64,000 nucleotides of DNA from Pelomyxa schiedti (Eukaryota > Protista > Evosea), in assembly GCA_020536535.1 (NCBI GenBank), contig JAHLWZ010000275.1, forward strand, positions 99,748 to 163,747, read 5' to 3'. This document shows, in pieces, positions 11,428-24,777 of this stretch. A program made the position numbers and the translations under genes. Within the stretch, counting starts at the first letter, position 1, and each line of letters opens with the position of its first letter. The notes beneath the pieces were generated by a model, which was given only the letters and a program-made list of their open reading frames with translations, did not search any database and had not been told where the DNA came from.

Positions 11428-11555
11428 AAAAAAGCCCCCACCTGCTTTTGATTGTTTTCTTTTTTTTTTTTTCTTTTTAAATCCAGTGCACTAAGGGAGG
11501 GCAAATGAATGAAAATAAATCCATTTCCCACCAAGCATCCCACCCTCGAGCCACA

Positions 11556-14385
11556 TCACATGCCAGAGGAAGCAGGTGTGCCAGTTTGTGTGCCGGTGCC
11601 TAGTTCATCAGCTGCTGTGCTGAATGACTGGCCTGCATCGTCGCTGTCTCCGCCGGGGAATTCCTCTTCATCGCCGTGGAAGACGGCTGTGTCGTCGAGT
11701 GAGTGGGGCGCCGCGAGTATTCCCGAGCGGGCCAAGGGGGCAATTGGGGGTGGCGGGAGCCGAGAGGGTGCCGTGTTGGTGAGCTGCAGACTAATTTATT
11801 TATGGGTGTGGTGGTTAGATAGACCACGCAGAATGTTTGGGCGCCATACTGTTTAATGAGAGTATCGAGGTGAGCAAGGGTGTCTGTTTGTTTTTCAGCA
11901 ATCTCACCGGCAAGGCTGCCGTTAAGCTCCGCGACTTGCTTGGAAACTTGTTCATTTGTGGCAGAAATACTAGATAAGGTTGGTGCAATTCACGTACACA
12001 ATGTGTTAAACCTGGCAGTATCGACAAGGAGTTTTTCTAAGCTCTTGGGTGCGGTTTGGGAAAGATTTTGAATCAGGGGGTATGTTTCGTTGAAGTACTT
12101 GAACCCTTGGAGGTTCCTAAATTCTCGTTAAGAACTATTAAAACCTCGGCTCCACACAGTTGGTTAAAGTAGTTCCCAAGTGTTTCAAGATCTTTGTGTA
12201 AAATAAGAAGTGTGGCTTTGGTCTCCCTAAACATGCTGATGAGAAGTATTGCAAAAAGATGGAGACACACTCCGTTATTCGGCCAACAATTTGCTCTTTC
12301 CTGGTTTTTTTTTTTTTTGTTTAGTCGGAATTTAGGGGAAAATGGATTTCTTCACCTTGCCTCAGCTTTTGTAGTGGCGTCAGTGGAGGTAGAAACCATG
12401 ACAGAATTAAATTGTTGTTGCAGTTGATCAATGCTATTCTTTATAGCTGTTCTAGTCTCTCTATGGATATTGGTAGCAATTTCAGTAGTGTGACAAAGGA
12501 GAAGTACTGTGCTGATCTAGCAATAGCTTCGTTGAAGTCCACCTTAGGAGTAGCCTCTGCGAGCCTTGATAGGAGTGAGGTTGGAGAGAGGATTGCTAGC
12601 TTACTTGGAAACAGTCCCAGGAAGTTGACCACCGACAAAGTCTTGTAGTGTTGCCGTGTGCTTTGTTAAAGCTGTGGTAATCCTATTCAAAGTTACGGTC
12701 ATTTTGTACTAAAGGAATTACTGTTTTGTGGACTGTTCGAGCTCTGTGGAGAGAACATCAAACCGAGACTGCATTGTGACCAGTCTGAATACACATCAGA
12801 GAAACAAAGAAAATGGGTTGCACACTGCTCCATAGTTTGCTTTAACTTTTCAGATGTTTTTACAAGACTAGTGGTTGTGTCCGTTATTCCAGAGGCAACT
12901 GCAAGTCGAGTGTTTGCTTGTTCCTCAAATGACAACTTTGGTTGTCAGCGTTATTACTTTGGGGGTTTCTTATACCTTAACTTGGGAATTATTGTCATCG
13001 ACCTGCTTCACGAGCTGGTTGATGCGCCCAAGAGATGCCTCGATACTTTGCACTACCACAGTAAGCTTTTGGTCAGCACCTTCTTGTTTGGCTGTGGTTT
13101 GGAAATCTTGCTTCCTGTGCGCTGTCAGAGTCGTCAAAACATGGATCTTCTTTTACATTTGTTGAGATTGTGTGTCCACCTTGTTTTCCAGGTCCCCACT
13201 GTACACAAGCGTTAAATTATAAAGTGTGAAGTAAGGGAGCTACATTTTGTTGACAATTTCGGTTGCTTGTTGATGCTGATACCTGAAAGAGTTGGAAAAG
13301 AAAAGTAACAAAAACAAAGAACTACAGTTGAAGTGTCTCCGTGATTTGCTGGCACATGGCCTTCACATCCTTTTCAATTTGTTGATTTGATGCACAATTT
13401 TAACAAGAGATTACCTGAGAGATAGCAGTGCTTATAGAATGTTGCAAAAGATTAATTAACTCCTGCCGTTTGTGTGCTTTCTCCTCTTGGGATGTGCCAT
13501 GATGCTGTGAGAATTCTCTGAACGCAGCTCTAACGGTTTTCTTATTATCTTCAACATTTCGAAGCATTCTGGCACTACAAGTAGCAGACAAAAAAAGTCA
13601 GTCCATATGTACCAATGAAGGTGAATCAACCTTAGTTCAGCTCGTAAATCACGCAAGGAAACCTCTAGTTTGCGCCTTACCATCCATTGCACAACAATGG
13701 ACACGAGAATAACAATTGTACAGCCTTGCATAAATAGAACAGCTCCCCGGATTAAACCTACAACCAACCAATGTTAGCTTACCAACTCTAAGTTCAGGGA
13801 AGAGGAGAGAGAAAACAAAGGGAAAGAAAAAAAAAAAAAAAATTGCACTCATTTCACCCCCCACCCTCCATTCCTCGTAGACACACTTGTCTGTGGATCC
13901 CATTGTGCCGCCTTGTTGCTGAAAAGCAGTGTGAACGCGGGCAGCAGAACCAACAACGCAACATCGAACGTCATCCACACGAACCCGCGCCCCTTCTTCG
14001 GCGGCAACGGCGGCGGCTCCTTCTCCTCCACCATCTCCGTCTCCATCCCCATCTCCATGCCCATGCCCATGCCCATGGCCCCCTCGCCCTCGCCCTCGCC
14101 CCCCGCGTACCCCTGCCCCCCCTCCACGTACTCCCCGCCCTCGCCCACGGCTCCCTCCGCGGCCCCGTCGTAGCCCCCCTCCGCGCCTCCCAGCTCCATG
14201 GCCATCGCCCGCTGCTGCTGCGGCGGCTGCTGCGAGTCGTCGTAGTCGGCGCCGCCTTCGTATGTGTTGCTGCTGCCCGGAGTGAACCCCGCGCACAGGG
14301 GCTGCGCCACCGCGTCGGTAGATCGCGACGCTCCGTCGACCTCATCGCCCCCGACAACTTGCTCCCCGGTGTTGGCGTCGGCCAT
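11556..14385 (-). CDS. Hypothetical multi-exon protein: acidic/Gly-rich N-terminus, PPLPPK motif, helical body (possibly two genes)
   Basis: GC-rich first exon MADANTGEQ...PPPLPPKKG and a chain of minus-strand exons; no family recognised. Confidence 0.45.
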
Positions 14386-14589
14386 TTTTTGTGCGTGTTG
14401 TTGCTTGTGGCTTTTTTTTTCCTTGTTTTTGTTTTAGATTTTTTTCTTTTTTGGAACTTGGTGGGTGCTAAGACAGTTGCGTGAAAATATCAACCGACTG
14501 GAGATACAGATATGAGAGAAAGGCTTGCTTTGTGTTTTGTTTGGTACGGTTTTATAGTACACAACAAAGATTTTTGTATTGTAATACAG

Positions 14590-15847
14590 TCACAGCTTGA
14601 TACAGTAGTACTCAATGTAGGACCAAGCAGTGCAACCAACAAACGACAGTAGAAACAGGATAAAGGCCAGGGTGAGGTGGCAGCCCCAGCTGCACCCACT
14701 GTCCCAACACCAAGCTTGTGTCATAAGGCAAGGTGGTGCTAGTAACTGCACTGCAAATCTCGCTGTAGATACAGCATGCAGGGAAGCAAAGACTGCCCAT
14801 TGTGTGCGCCTCCGCACAAATGAAATGGTTGAGCCACGCCCAAATTCATTGGGAAGTGTAGCGGCACCCTTGTGTCTTAGGATGAGAACGAGTGAAAACA
14901 AGTAACAGGCAAGCCCCTGGAATACAACAACGCACAGAGCTGCGATAGAAGTTGCCAATACTGATTGAGGATTTGCTGATGAGAAGCTGTGCAATGGAAT
15001 CATTAGAATAAGCATCCCTATGCACAGAATTGCATTGCGTATTGTAAGAGCCTCCAGAAATATTCCAAGCCACATAACAAAATACTCAGCGCATACAAGT
15101 GTAAATGTCCATTTTCCCTTCGATAGTAAAAATAGAAGCAACAGTGCCAAAGTAGTTTCTCCTGTGGCAAAACCATTTTTCGTTCTACTGTCAATGGGGC
15201 GAGGGCCTGCTATCATCCACAAAAACGCAATAAGCGTAGTAGTGTATAAAACTAATGCCGCGACAGTTGAAATCAGGTTGTTATCGGTATCTGCAAGGAC
15301 AATGAAAGTGGCCACGAGATCGACAATTGTCACGTAGAAACCAAACAGAAGGTAGTCTTGTATAATTCAGAGACAGGAGAGGAGAACAGTAAAAATACCA
15401 AATAATGTTACATCTACAAGCGGCTCATTGGCTTTTTGAATGTAGAGGATTAGATCAAAGTTACAAACTTGAACAGAAAGATACTTGCTCTGGATTTGTA
15501 AAGTGACCTCCAGCACATCAACTGGTACCGATATAGACGGGAGCGAGGGAAGTCACGTAAAAACCTGGTTCTCCACAATTCTTCAGAGCTCGCCAGGTCA
15601 TACCAATGTCTACAAACCTGACAAGCAACGGCACATTAGCAAAAAGTCCGCAAACAGGATGCAAGCACAATCATAGATCTACCCTCTGACAAGAAGCCAA
15701 AGATCTCGCATCCAAGTACTTGAGCACTTTCATGAGATAGGCGTCACGCAAAACCGGGTGACAGTCATCGCCAACTGGCTGGCGCAGTTTCGGTGATAAA
15801 TATGCTTTCTTGAGCTCCCTCACAATGCTGGGCACCAGCTTCAACAT
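14590..15847 (-). CDS. Hypothetical multi-pass membrane protein
   Basis: 247-aa terminal exon with ~7 hydrophobic segments; start approximate. Confidence 0.5.
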
Positions 15848-16137
15848 TTTCTTGGTTTTTGTTGTATTAATTTGCCGGACTGCCTGTCAACGTACTCCCT
15901 CACTAGCGCAGTTTTCTATTTACAGAGTGCTTTTTTTTCTTGCTCCTATTCGCTTTGTTGGGGAACACGGAGCTATTGCAGTTTAATTGCACTCACCCAC
16001 AGGCTCCTGCACTTGATTCTGAGAAATCTGATAATCGAATGAGTTGATAACCACAGGCAATTCTCTCAAAGCCACTTTTTTTCGACCGACCTCTCAGATT
16101 TGTGCGGGTCAACGAAAAACATCAACTTCTCACAAAA

Positions 16138-16961
16138 ATGTCGCAACAGCAGAAGGCGGTTATGTGGCCGACCGGGGTTGGGTTTGAGTACTGTGCGGTG
16201 GAGTTGAGTGACGATCTTAACTGCGTTGTGTGTTTGTCGTTGTTGGGAGAGGGGTGCGTTCAACACCCGCGATGTGGGACACATTTTTGTCAAAATTGCG
16301 TAGGTAGCTAAACCCCGTTTCGTTCTTTTTTTTTTTTTTTTTTTTATTGTAACCCAATGCGGTTTTTCCATTTTTTTCATGGACAGGTAAACTCCGTGAT
16401 TGTCCAATTTGCGGCGATGTGCTTCTTACGGCACCTCCGAAAGATAAGGTACTGGAGGCACTCTCTTTGGTTCATGTATACTGTCCTGTAACAGGGTGTC
16501 CGAAAAGTAAGACCCTCTCAACAACACCTTCATCTTCATCGCCTTCTTCGAAACCAACTACCTCTTCACTTGATGGTGCCCCACTCACCAAGGCAACTCT
16601 GTGCGACCACATGGCCTCTAATCATCTAAGGGAGCTATTGTCCAGTATGCAAGCGCAAATTGATTCCCTCACCGCCCTTGTTCAGACACAACAAGCAGAG
16701 ATACTCTCCCTAAAATCGGCCACTCCTCCTCCGCCAACTACCACTACAACCTCGACCACCGCTCCGCCTCCTCCCGCACCTGTTCTATGCGGAAGATGCC
16801 GGACCATGTTCGCGGAAGCAGAGAATAATAACCATGCCTGCCACTACCACTCTGGCTCACTGACCAGGGGGGCTTGGAGCTGTTGCTCTCGTGGGGGTAC
16901 CTCTCCTGGCTGCCGAACGGCCAGACACTGCTCCCTTGCTGAATACGGAATGTCATCCTGA
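16138..16961 (+). CDS. RING finger (TRAF-like) protein with coiled coil and C-terminal Cys/His zinc motif
   Basis: CVVC...CGTHFCQNC..CPIC RING; VYCPVTGC; C-terminus CGRC..CHYHSG..WSCC..GCRTARH. Confidence 0.8.
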
Positions 16962-17258
16962 TGCACTGGCACTACACCATTTGTCGGACTCCCCTGTTTC
17001 TTTCATTACATCTTTTCATAACAATCAGCTTCAGGTTCATCCAATGCTTTTGCTTCCTAGTTTAATGCACTTTGTATGCAAAAGTACCCCACTGGATCAG
17101 AGCTCTTGTTGTCTTTGGCTATTTTTTTGAACTTCGTCCCTCTGGCTTTTTTTTTTTTACCACTTTTTTCTGCATCTGTAATCACCCACCTTTTTCGGGA
17201 AACAGGCCCAAACGGTGCTTCGACTTTTGGCGAAAAAAAGAAATTAAAAAAAAAAACC

Positions 17259-20200
17259 ATGTCATTTGCTGATCTCTGGGTACTTCAATGCAGCAGTGAC
17301 ACAAAGATCTAACAGGCAACAACAGGACAACTTCGATGTGGCGTGTAAATTCATATTGGATAATTTGGCGGTGTTTAAGTACGTCACCAAGTGTCTCAGA
17401 GGAGTAACGAAGTTAGAAGAGGAGAGATCCAAAGCACTGTCTTTGGTCTCAAAGCATTTTCAAGACGACGTGAAACCGCCGTATGGGAACTTACACTTTT
17501 TATTATTTGTTTGTTTCCTTTTTTTCTTCCTGATCTTTTTTTTTGGGGGAGTTGTTGGGAGTATTGCACTGGAGTTGTGATTGTGATATTAATAATTTAC
17601 ACTGGCAGATGCTTGGCACAGAACGAACTGTTGAGGGGATTGACAAATCAGGTTAATGCCGAAAGTGAGGTGAGCCATACACTTTCGGAGAGCATTACGA
17701 ATAAGGTTTCTTACGGCATCGAACTTTCTTCCTCTACAAACAAATTTATGTTTGTAGGTGTGCCTGCCACTGAAGCAAGCGTTACCAGACCTAGAGTCAT
17801 TCTATAGACAGGTTTGCTGCTGGACTCTTTATAAAAACTCATCATTTTAAGTTCGTCTCTGAAGGAACAAAAAATGCTCATGATTACCGAAATTCTGTTT
17901 CGAAGCTTGAGAGAGTACAGGAGATTTTTGAGAATTTTTGTTGACTTTTACTCCCAACAGAGTAGGGCAGCTTTTATTCGGGTAAACAAGGAACTCGGGC
18001 AGACACATGATGCACCTAAGCGGGCAAAACTTACTCAGGACTTGGCTCAGAGTACCAAAGACTATCAGGTTCAGATAGAAGAAACAAACGGTATGCAGAC
18101 TAAATTTTTAGCTGAAGCCAAGAGAGTGCTTGAGGTTCACCTGCTTGACTCGTAATGAAGTGCCTCATTTTCATTATAGGAAATGCAAAAATTGGATTCA
18201 AGAAGATCTGAACTACTTTCGACACATTTGACGATTTTTTTTGATGTATGCTTCTTTTCTTTGTTTCGCAGTAACCTTGATATTTCCATACTAATATTTT
18301 GTTAACCACAGATACATGCAACTCTACCAGCTCAAATCCAGGATCAAATTGGGAAGTGGCGAGACCTTCAACAATCTTCCAATTACCAAAATGGTAATTT
18401 TCTCCCTCTCAAATGAAGTCAAACCATGTTCGCCAGACCTTGTCCAATTTGTTGTGCAGAATCGTAGTGGAGCGCCACCACCTCCACCATTTGAGTTTGA
18501 GGCGTACAAGCCAGAGGGTGTAACTGACCGCCCCAAATCTCTTCGACCTGCATGGCTTAAGCTTGGAACTCTCAAGAAAAAGGTATGGAGGGGAATTTTA
18601 CTTGTAACTCACCTCTCACAGGAAGCAGAGGACCTGATTCAGCCAGGGCTTCCACCAAAACCTCTTATATATGGTGTGAGTTTAGATGAAATAGTCTCGA
18701 GACAGAAAGAAAAATACCCAAACCTCAGAATTCCAATGTTCTTGATTTTGATGCGAGACACTCTATACACACTTGAAGGTTTTTCTTCATGTACACTTAC
18801 TTGCTTTCTAAAACGTCTTTGCCAGCACCCACTACTGAGGGAATATTCAGGTACTTTAATGTTGTCAAGTCTTCCTGAAACTGAGCTATAAATAAGGGTA
18901 CCTGCCAATCAAAATGAATTGAACAAATACCGGGCTGCATTCGACTTGGAGGAATTCTATATATCAGAGACAGCAAGTGTCCATACTATATGTGCCCTTC
19001 TCAAACTCTTTCTGCGAGAGCTTCCAGTGGCCGTCATTCCTCAAACAGTCTAGTATGTAAAATAAGTTTCTCCCTTACTGACTGTGCTCAGTTCGACTTT
19101 CATCAACCAGCCGTTCATTGATAGCATAAACTCTGAAAATGTGGAGTCTTTAGTATTTGATAAACTTCCAGAAAATCACAGAGATGTTTGCTTGTTTCTC
19201 CTCAAAATGATTCATGAGCTCGCTGCTTACTCCTCTGAGACAAAAATGGACAAAAGCAACCTAAGTATACAGTTTTGCTTTGTGGGTCCCATTTCCTTCA
19301 CTGACAAGCTAGTTCTAAGGTATGGTGTTTGCACCTGGTTTACTTCGATGCCCTCTCGTGAATAGCCCTGATATGGTTCAACTCTATGAATTGGAGAGGG
19401 CTTTTGTACTTGCTATTGCATCACGAACGCCAACTAAGCTCTATGACTCTCTCAACACTACGCTTTCTGTGAGGCCAACATTGAAGGGACCTGATGAACC
19501 ATATGACGGCAAGGGTTTTGAGGTTCTGACTGAAGAACAAATAACCCAAATTCGCAAGGTGTTTTCTTTTTATGTTAGCTTTATTCCTGATTTTCTTCAA
19601 GGAAATTGCAGAAGAACTTTTACGGGCTGAGCTCGAGGCCTCTGAAAAACTCTCTCTTTCATCCTCTGGGCCACTTACCTCTCAAACAACAGCCACCCCA
19701 TCATCAGACCGCTTGACAAAAATAGGCCGCAAAAACATAAAGAATCAAATACTCAAAACGTTAGGAGGCTTAGACTCTGTGCGTGGCTCGTTGACAACTT
19801 CTCCAGTCCAGCAACCCACTCCGAATCCTACACCACGGGTCTCTGGTCCCTTGGAGAATACTGCAGACGGGATGTCATCAAACCAACCTACATCATCACC
19901 GGCTCGCCACCTTCCTCCAAGAAGTCATGGAACGCTGATTGGTGCCAAGGCACTGCCTGCACAAACCACTCAAGGTGGACCACATGCAATTCATCACAAC
20001 AACCCCCTACCCACAACGCCACAACGACCCATCCGTGAGCCAATTGATGATACAAAGTTGAATAGCTTTGCTCAGGATATCAAGGATGAAGTTGAGCTTC
20101 TCCACACAAAATTTTGTCTGGATAACGACTCAGAGACTTTATTGTTTCTTGCCTCTATTGTTGAAGCCAATTACAAAGTTTGTTTCCCAAAAAAATAAAT

Positions 20201-21688
20201 GGTGTAAGATGAAAGCTGGTTAATATGTAAATTTGTAGACCTTTAAATGATCCTTTCTCAATTCCTCCCCTTTTTTTCCCTACTAGTTGGCTTCTGAGAA
20301 AATTGCACCTATCTTTCAGGGAATCACCAGCAGTACCACGCTAAACATAGTTCCACCAAAATGTTCTTCACTTCTCGTCACTCAACAGTTTTGTGAAGTC
20401 ATTATGCAAAGCATGCAGAAAATGGAGAGTTATGTGTCATGGCTAGCCGCTAATGCAACAAATTATAAGCAGATTCCTCCTATCAAAGATGCCATTTTAG
20501 ATCTGCATGATGTATGTTTTCTCCTTCCGAATTTCACTGACGTCTCTATCACCCCCTTTGTGCCTATCCAATAGTCATTGATGGTATGCACTTTAACCTG
20601 TATTCAATTTCCTTATGCAACAAGACTGTTCAAGGGAAACGAGGACTACAAACGGCTACAATGAAAACTTCTCCGAGCCTTCTACCATTTGCTTATAAGC
20701 AGCCGGATATCTCTCCACCCCCTCCCATACCTTTTGTGGAATCTCCACCCCCAACTGATTCCGTTGGCCCACCCATTGATGCTATTGCACCCCCACCTCC
20801 CCCCGTAGATCCCATCGCACCACCTCCACCAGTTGACTCTATCGCACCGCCACCTCCTGTAGATTTTCTTCCACCTCCGCCTCCTGTTGATTCTGTTCTA
20901 CCACCACTTCCCACAATTGAAATTATTGCACCACAGCCTCCAGTTGTTGCAGTTCCACCACAAGCTGCCCCCACACCCCCGCCCGTAGAACCGATTCCAA
21001 TCCCACCCAAGAACGAAGCCGAAATATCTTCACCAAGTACCCCACCCATTACCGTCCCTCCTGTGGAACCGATTGCACAGAAACTACCTTCAGACAGTCA
21101 GGCTTCATCTGTCGCAACTCCCACTGATCCGGTAGCGCAGATAGCCACTAATCCTACCATTCCACAAGAAAAGGAACCCGACACAACAGCCGAAGTGGAG
21201 GAAGACACGGCGAGAGATAGTAGGTTCTTCACTTTTTACTGTGCTTAACCACCAAATTTAGGTTTGGAAGAATTCAATGGTCTCTTCTTGGACCTTAAAA
21301 ATGCCCTTGTACCATTAGCAGAGCTACTCGCTTCCCCTTCACTTACACTAGAGGTTTTGCTCCCCCGGGCAAGGCCGCTCCTAGCATCCCTCAAAGTAAG
21401 AACAATACCAATCTTTTAACCCAGTCACAATTAATCCACACACAGCTGGCTACTGAATTTGCAGCCACCAACAACATTCCCTTCGATGCACCTCCGGCAC
21501 CACCCAAACTGGATGACAAAGTGAAGATGTTTATTCTAGTCACAAAGCACTCTGTTGCCCGCACTGTGAAAGTATTTGACGGAATCAGGTTGGCTCTGCC
21601 CAAGCTGTCTCCTGAGGTGGTGGAAAAGGCTCTCACCCTTCTTATGGAGTTTGTGGATATGCTAGAATCCAACAACGCGACAGATTGA
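17259..21688 (+). CDS. F-BAR + RhoGAP domain protein with polyproline region
   Basis: FCH-like start MSFADLW..DNFD; RhoGAP IYGVSLDE, IPMFL, EGIFR-VPA, VHTICALLKLFLRELP, KMDKSNL-MVFAPGLLR; Pro-rich 20700-21100. Confidence 0.85.
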
Positions 21689-21736
21689 AACAGAGGGAGA
21701 AAAAAGCCAAAGGTTTTTTTATGTTACAAGAAATAG

Positions 21737-24046
21737 CTATTTATTTGGGACTGGGAAATGATGGATACCCTTTCCACTAGGGGTTTGTACCAACACTGTG
21801 CAGTTGTTTGGGGATAGGTCTCCAAGGGTAGTTTTGGGCTTTGAACTCCTGCTTTTGCGGGGATAGAGTGCACTGCCAAATGAGGGTGTTGTTGTGGGCC
21901 CACTGACCTCGACTGCTCTGCCCCATGGAATATCAATGGGGTCTATTTCTCCCGCCAGGCCAAGTGGCTCACTGATGTAATCATCCAAGCTCTCTTGGTC
22001 CCCGTACTGCAGAAAGCAAAGTGAGTTTTTTTTTTTTTTTGGGTTCAATAGTGAGAGACCTGGCTGTCAATAATGTCAGTGCCATTCAAAAATGTGTACC
22101 AGGAATCGCCCCCGGCTGCTAGGAAGGAATTCACAGCAACCCTGTTTCGGAAATGAATATAGACTCGGGTGGCAGGGCTGAGAATACCGGTAGTATGTTG
22201 AAAGAGAGATTGGCACTCCGTTTAATTGCACGTTTTGTACGCCGTAATCACTGCCAGTGTTCCACCACTCGAAGTAGAAGCCTTCTGAGACTTGAATCAT
22301 TCCCTTAGCCAAGGAAGCACCCTGGACGAGAACATCAACAACCTGTTAATCAACGAAATAGAGTTAATGTACGAAATAGAATAACTTCATGCCTTTCCTG
22401 CTGTCCGGTGAGGCTCATTACAACTAAGGTATTTCCAAAGGGAAGTACATCAAAGGTGTCACCCCATGTTACATTGCACTGACCTGAACCAAAAATACAT
22501 TTTCGTCTCCAAGGGGTTTTAAAGCATTGTACTTGTGTAGGGGCATGTAATATCAGCTCTTAGCCCTCCTGGATTATTGAAAGCAATTTGGAGACTACCA
22601 TCGAGTTTGTCATTGTCCCACAAATCCATTGCCCATAGGACGCCATCACTGCACAAGGAGCCCTAGTGTAACCAATTAGACGAGAAGGTTCGTTTTTTTT
22701 TTGTACCATAAGACTTTCACCATAGGTGTTTCTAGTGATATTTAGTGTCGTGATTCCAATGACAATGCTGGTAAGCGGCTCTACTTCGGCTTCCCAGTAA
22801 GCAACTTCCGTTGCCACATCTGGATCCTCACCACAGGTACTTGAAGAGATGGGGTTCAAACATCCATTTGTGACTTGATAAGTGTGGGTTTCAGGGTAAA
22901 CATCGATTTCTACCTGTAATGAAGTTAATATGGGGTGTAATATACTCTGTACTTACTTGACCAACATAAAGACCCTTATCCCCAGCTTCGGCGATGTATA
23001 TTCCATCAATATCAATGGGAGGCTGAATAACCTCATTTGTGTGCCCCCCAAAAATAACGGCAACATGCTTTGAGGCACTGGCAAGGCCCTGTGCGAGGGA
23101 TATTGTTCCCTACTTCTGTTGGTGTTTAAAAAGTACTTGAATGAGCGTACAGGATAAGTTACTCCATCTGCCAAAACATCTTCTGTACCGCAATGCGCCA
23201 GAATGATAAAAACATCACATGCGGCATCAATCTCATCATAATAGTGCAGAGTCGTTTCCAACATATCTCGAAAGTGAAGTCCTTGAATTAATTCAGTTAC
23301 ATCCTGACCAAAAGGCAAAACTACCAGTGAGTACTCCAGGTGTTGAGTCTATGGGTGTCTCAGTAGTAGTTAGCCCCAAGACTCCGATTACCACTGTGCC
23401 AGCCTTAAGAAACGTATATGGTTGAAGCCAAGAGGGCTGATCCCATTCTGTACCATCAAGAATTATGTTAGCAGACACCCAGGTGAAATTTGACTGCTGG
23501 ATTCTATCTTTTTTTGGTTTTTTTTTTTTTTTTCAGGTAAATTGACATCAAAAATAGAAGAGAAGGGGGATGCCTTCAAGAATATCTATGCCATGGTCAA
23601 ATTCATGGTTGCCAATAGCAGCAACCTGGTACCCTAAGCACTACGGTTAGGTTACCTCCCTATGCTAAGTTTAATCTCACCCATCATGTTGTAAATATCA
23701 ATTGTGCTTTCTCCCTCCAGAAGCTCGGAAATTGCAGGTGCACTGAAGAAAACATCGCCCACATCTATCAGCAGGACGTGGGTATGTGTGCTTTCATATT
23801 CTCTAATCTGATCCACAAACCACGCAATATGTGCCGACCCTCCCTCCCCGGTGTTGTCCCTTGGGTACCCACAGTTTACTACCACACGGCAAGAATAAGG
23901 TCTACTTACGGTTCGAGGTTTCCGTGGAAGTCATTGGTGTGCAAGAGAATTAACTTTTCATTATCTGCTGCTGTAGTTTGTGCGAACAAAACGGCAACAA
24001 ATACCAGCAGCCCGGGGGCCGCACCCCAAACGTTACTTGATTTCAT
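21737..24046 (-). CDS. Secreted 5'-nucleotidase (metallophosphoesterase + 5'-nucleotidase C-terminal domain)
   Basis: Signal peptide; ILLHTNDFHGNLEP, LLIDVGD, AIGNHEFDHG, VLGLTT, ILAHCG, GGHT, RNTYGES, DVLPFGN, GDQESLDDYI. Confidence 0.9.
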
Positions 24047-24344
24047 TTCAATTTCAACTCGGACCGACTTCTCAAATCTGATCTGCTCCGGTCGTAGCTC
24101 CTTCACCCAAGCTCAAACAAGGAACATGGGTACATCATTGAAGACAACTTGGCTGTTGGTATGTGGTGGTCGTTGCTACCATTTCAGCGGGTTCAATTAC
24201 CAACGCGCATTCGTGTTTACCCGTTTTTTGGTTTTTTCTTTGGACCAAGTCGAGGCTTATATCCAACAGATACAGGAAATAGCATACGTGTGTCTCCAAT
24301 AATTATGCAGTATTGAGGACACTTAACGGTTTGGGTATTTTTTT

Positions 24345-24777
24345 TTACATAATCGAACAAGGACAGCCGCCGCCAGTCCTTTCTTTGAATTCTATAAACT
24401 CCTATTGGCGAATACTGTCAACTTTAAATCATTCTGTACAATTACGCACTTGATCTTGAATGTCAGTATATGAGCCTATTCTATCATCATCTTTCAACCA
24501 GACTTTTTCATCTGTGATTTGTAAGCCCACCGATTTCGTGTTTGTCTTGTAATGTAGTAGTGTATGATCCATATACTTATAAGTATGCGGTTGGTAGTGA
24601 GCGAAACCAACCAGGTAGATACAAGCCAATGTTATTGTTCTTATAGGGCACTCTTAGACTCTCGCCAATAAAGGTGACAGAGTCCTTGACAGTAAGGTTG
24701 CTGTCGATTCTCACCACCTTGTGGATAAGGGGGTATGTTTGAGGAAATTTGATGCGCAGAACCAACGAATTGGCCAT
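24345..24777 (-). CDS. Small ubiquitin-fold (talin F0-like) protein with C-terminal CaaX motif
   Basis: MANSLVLRIKFP..KVVRIDSNLTVKD..IGLYLP..VWLKDDDRIGSY..EFIEFKERTGGGCPCSIM*. Confidence 0.7.

Noticed and set aside
13649-14484. Multiple long overlapping ORFs in GC-rich segments (also 32046-32741, 44401-45246, 62281-62982)
   Set aside because: Expected from stop-codon depletion in GC-rich low-complexity exons; no independent motifs.
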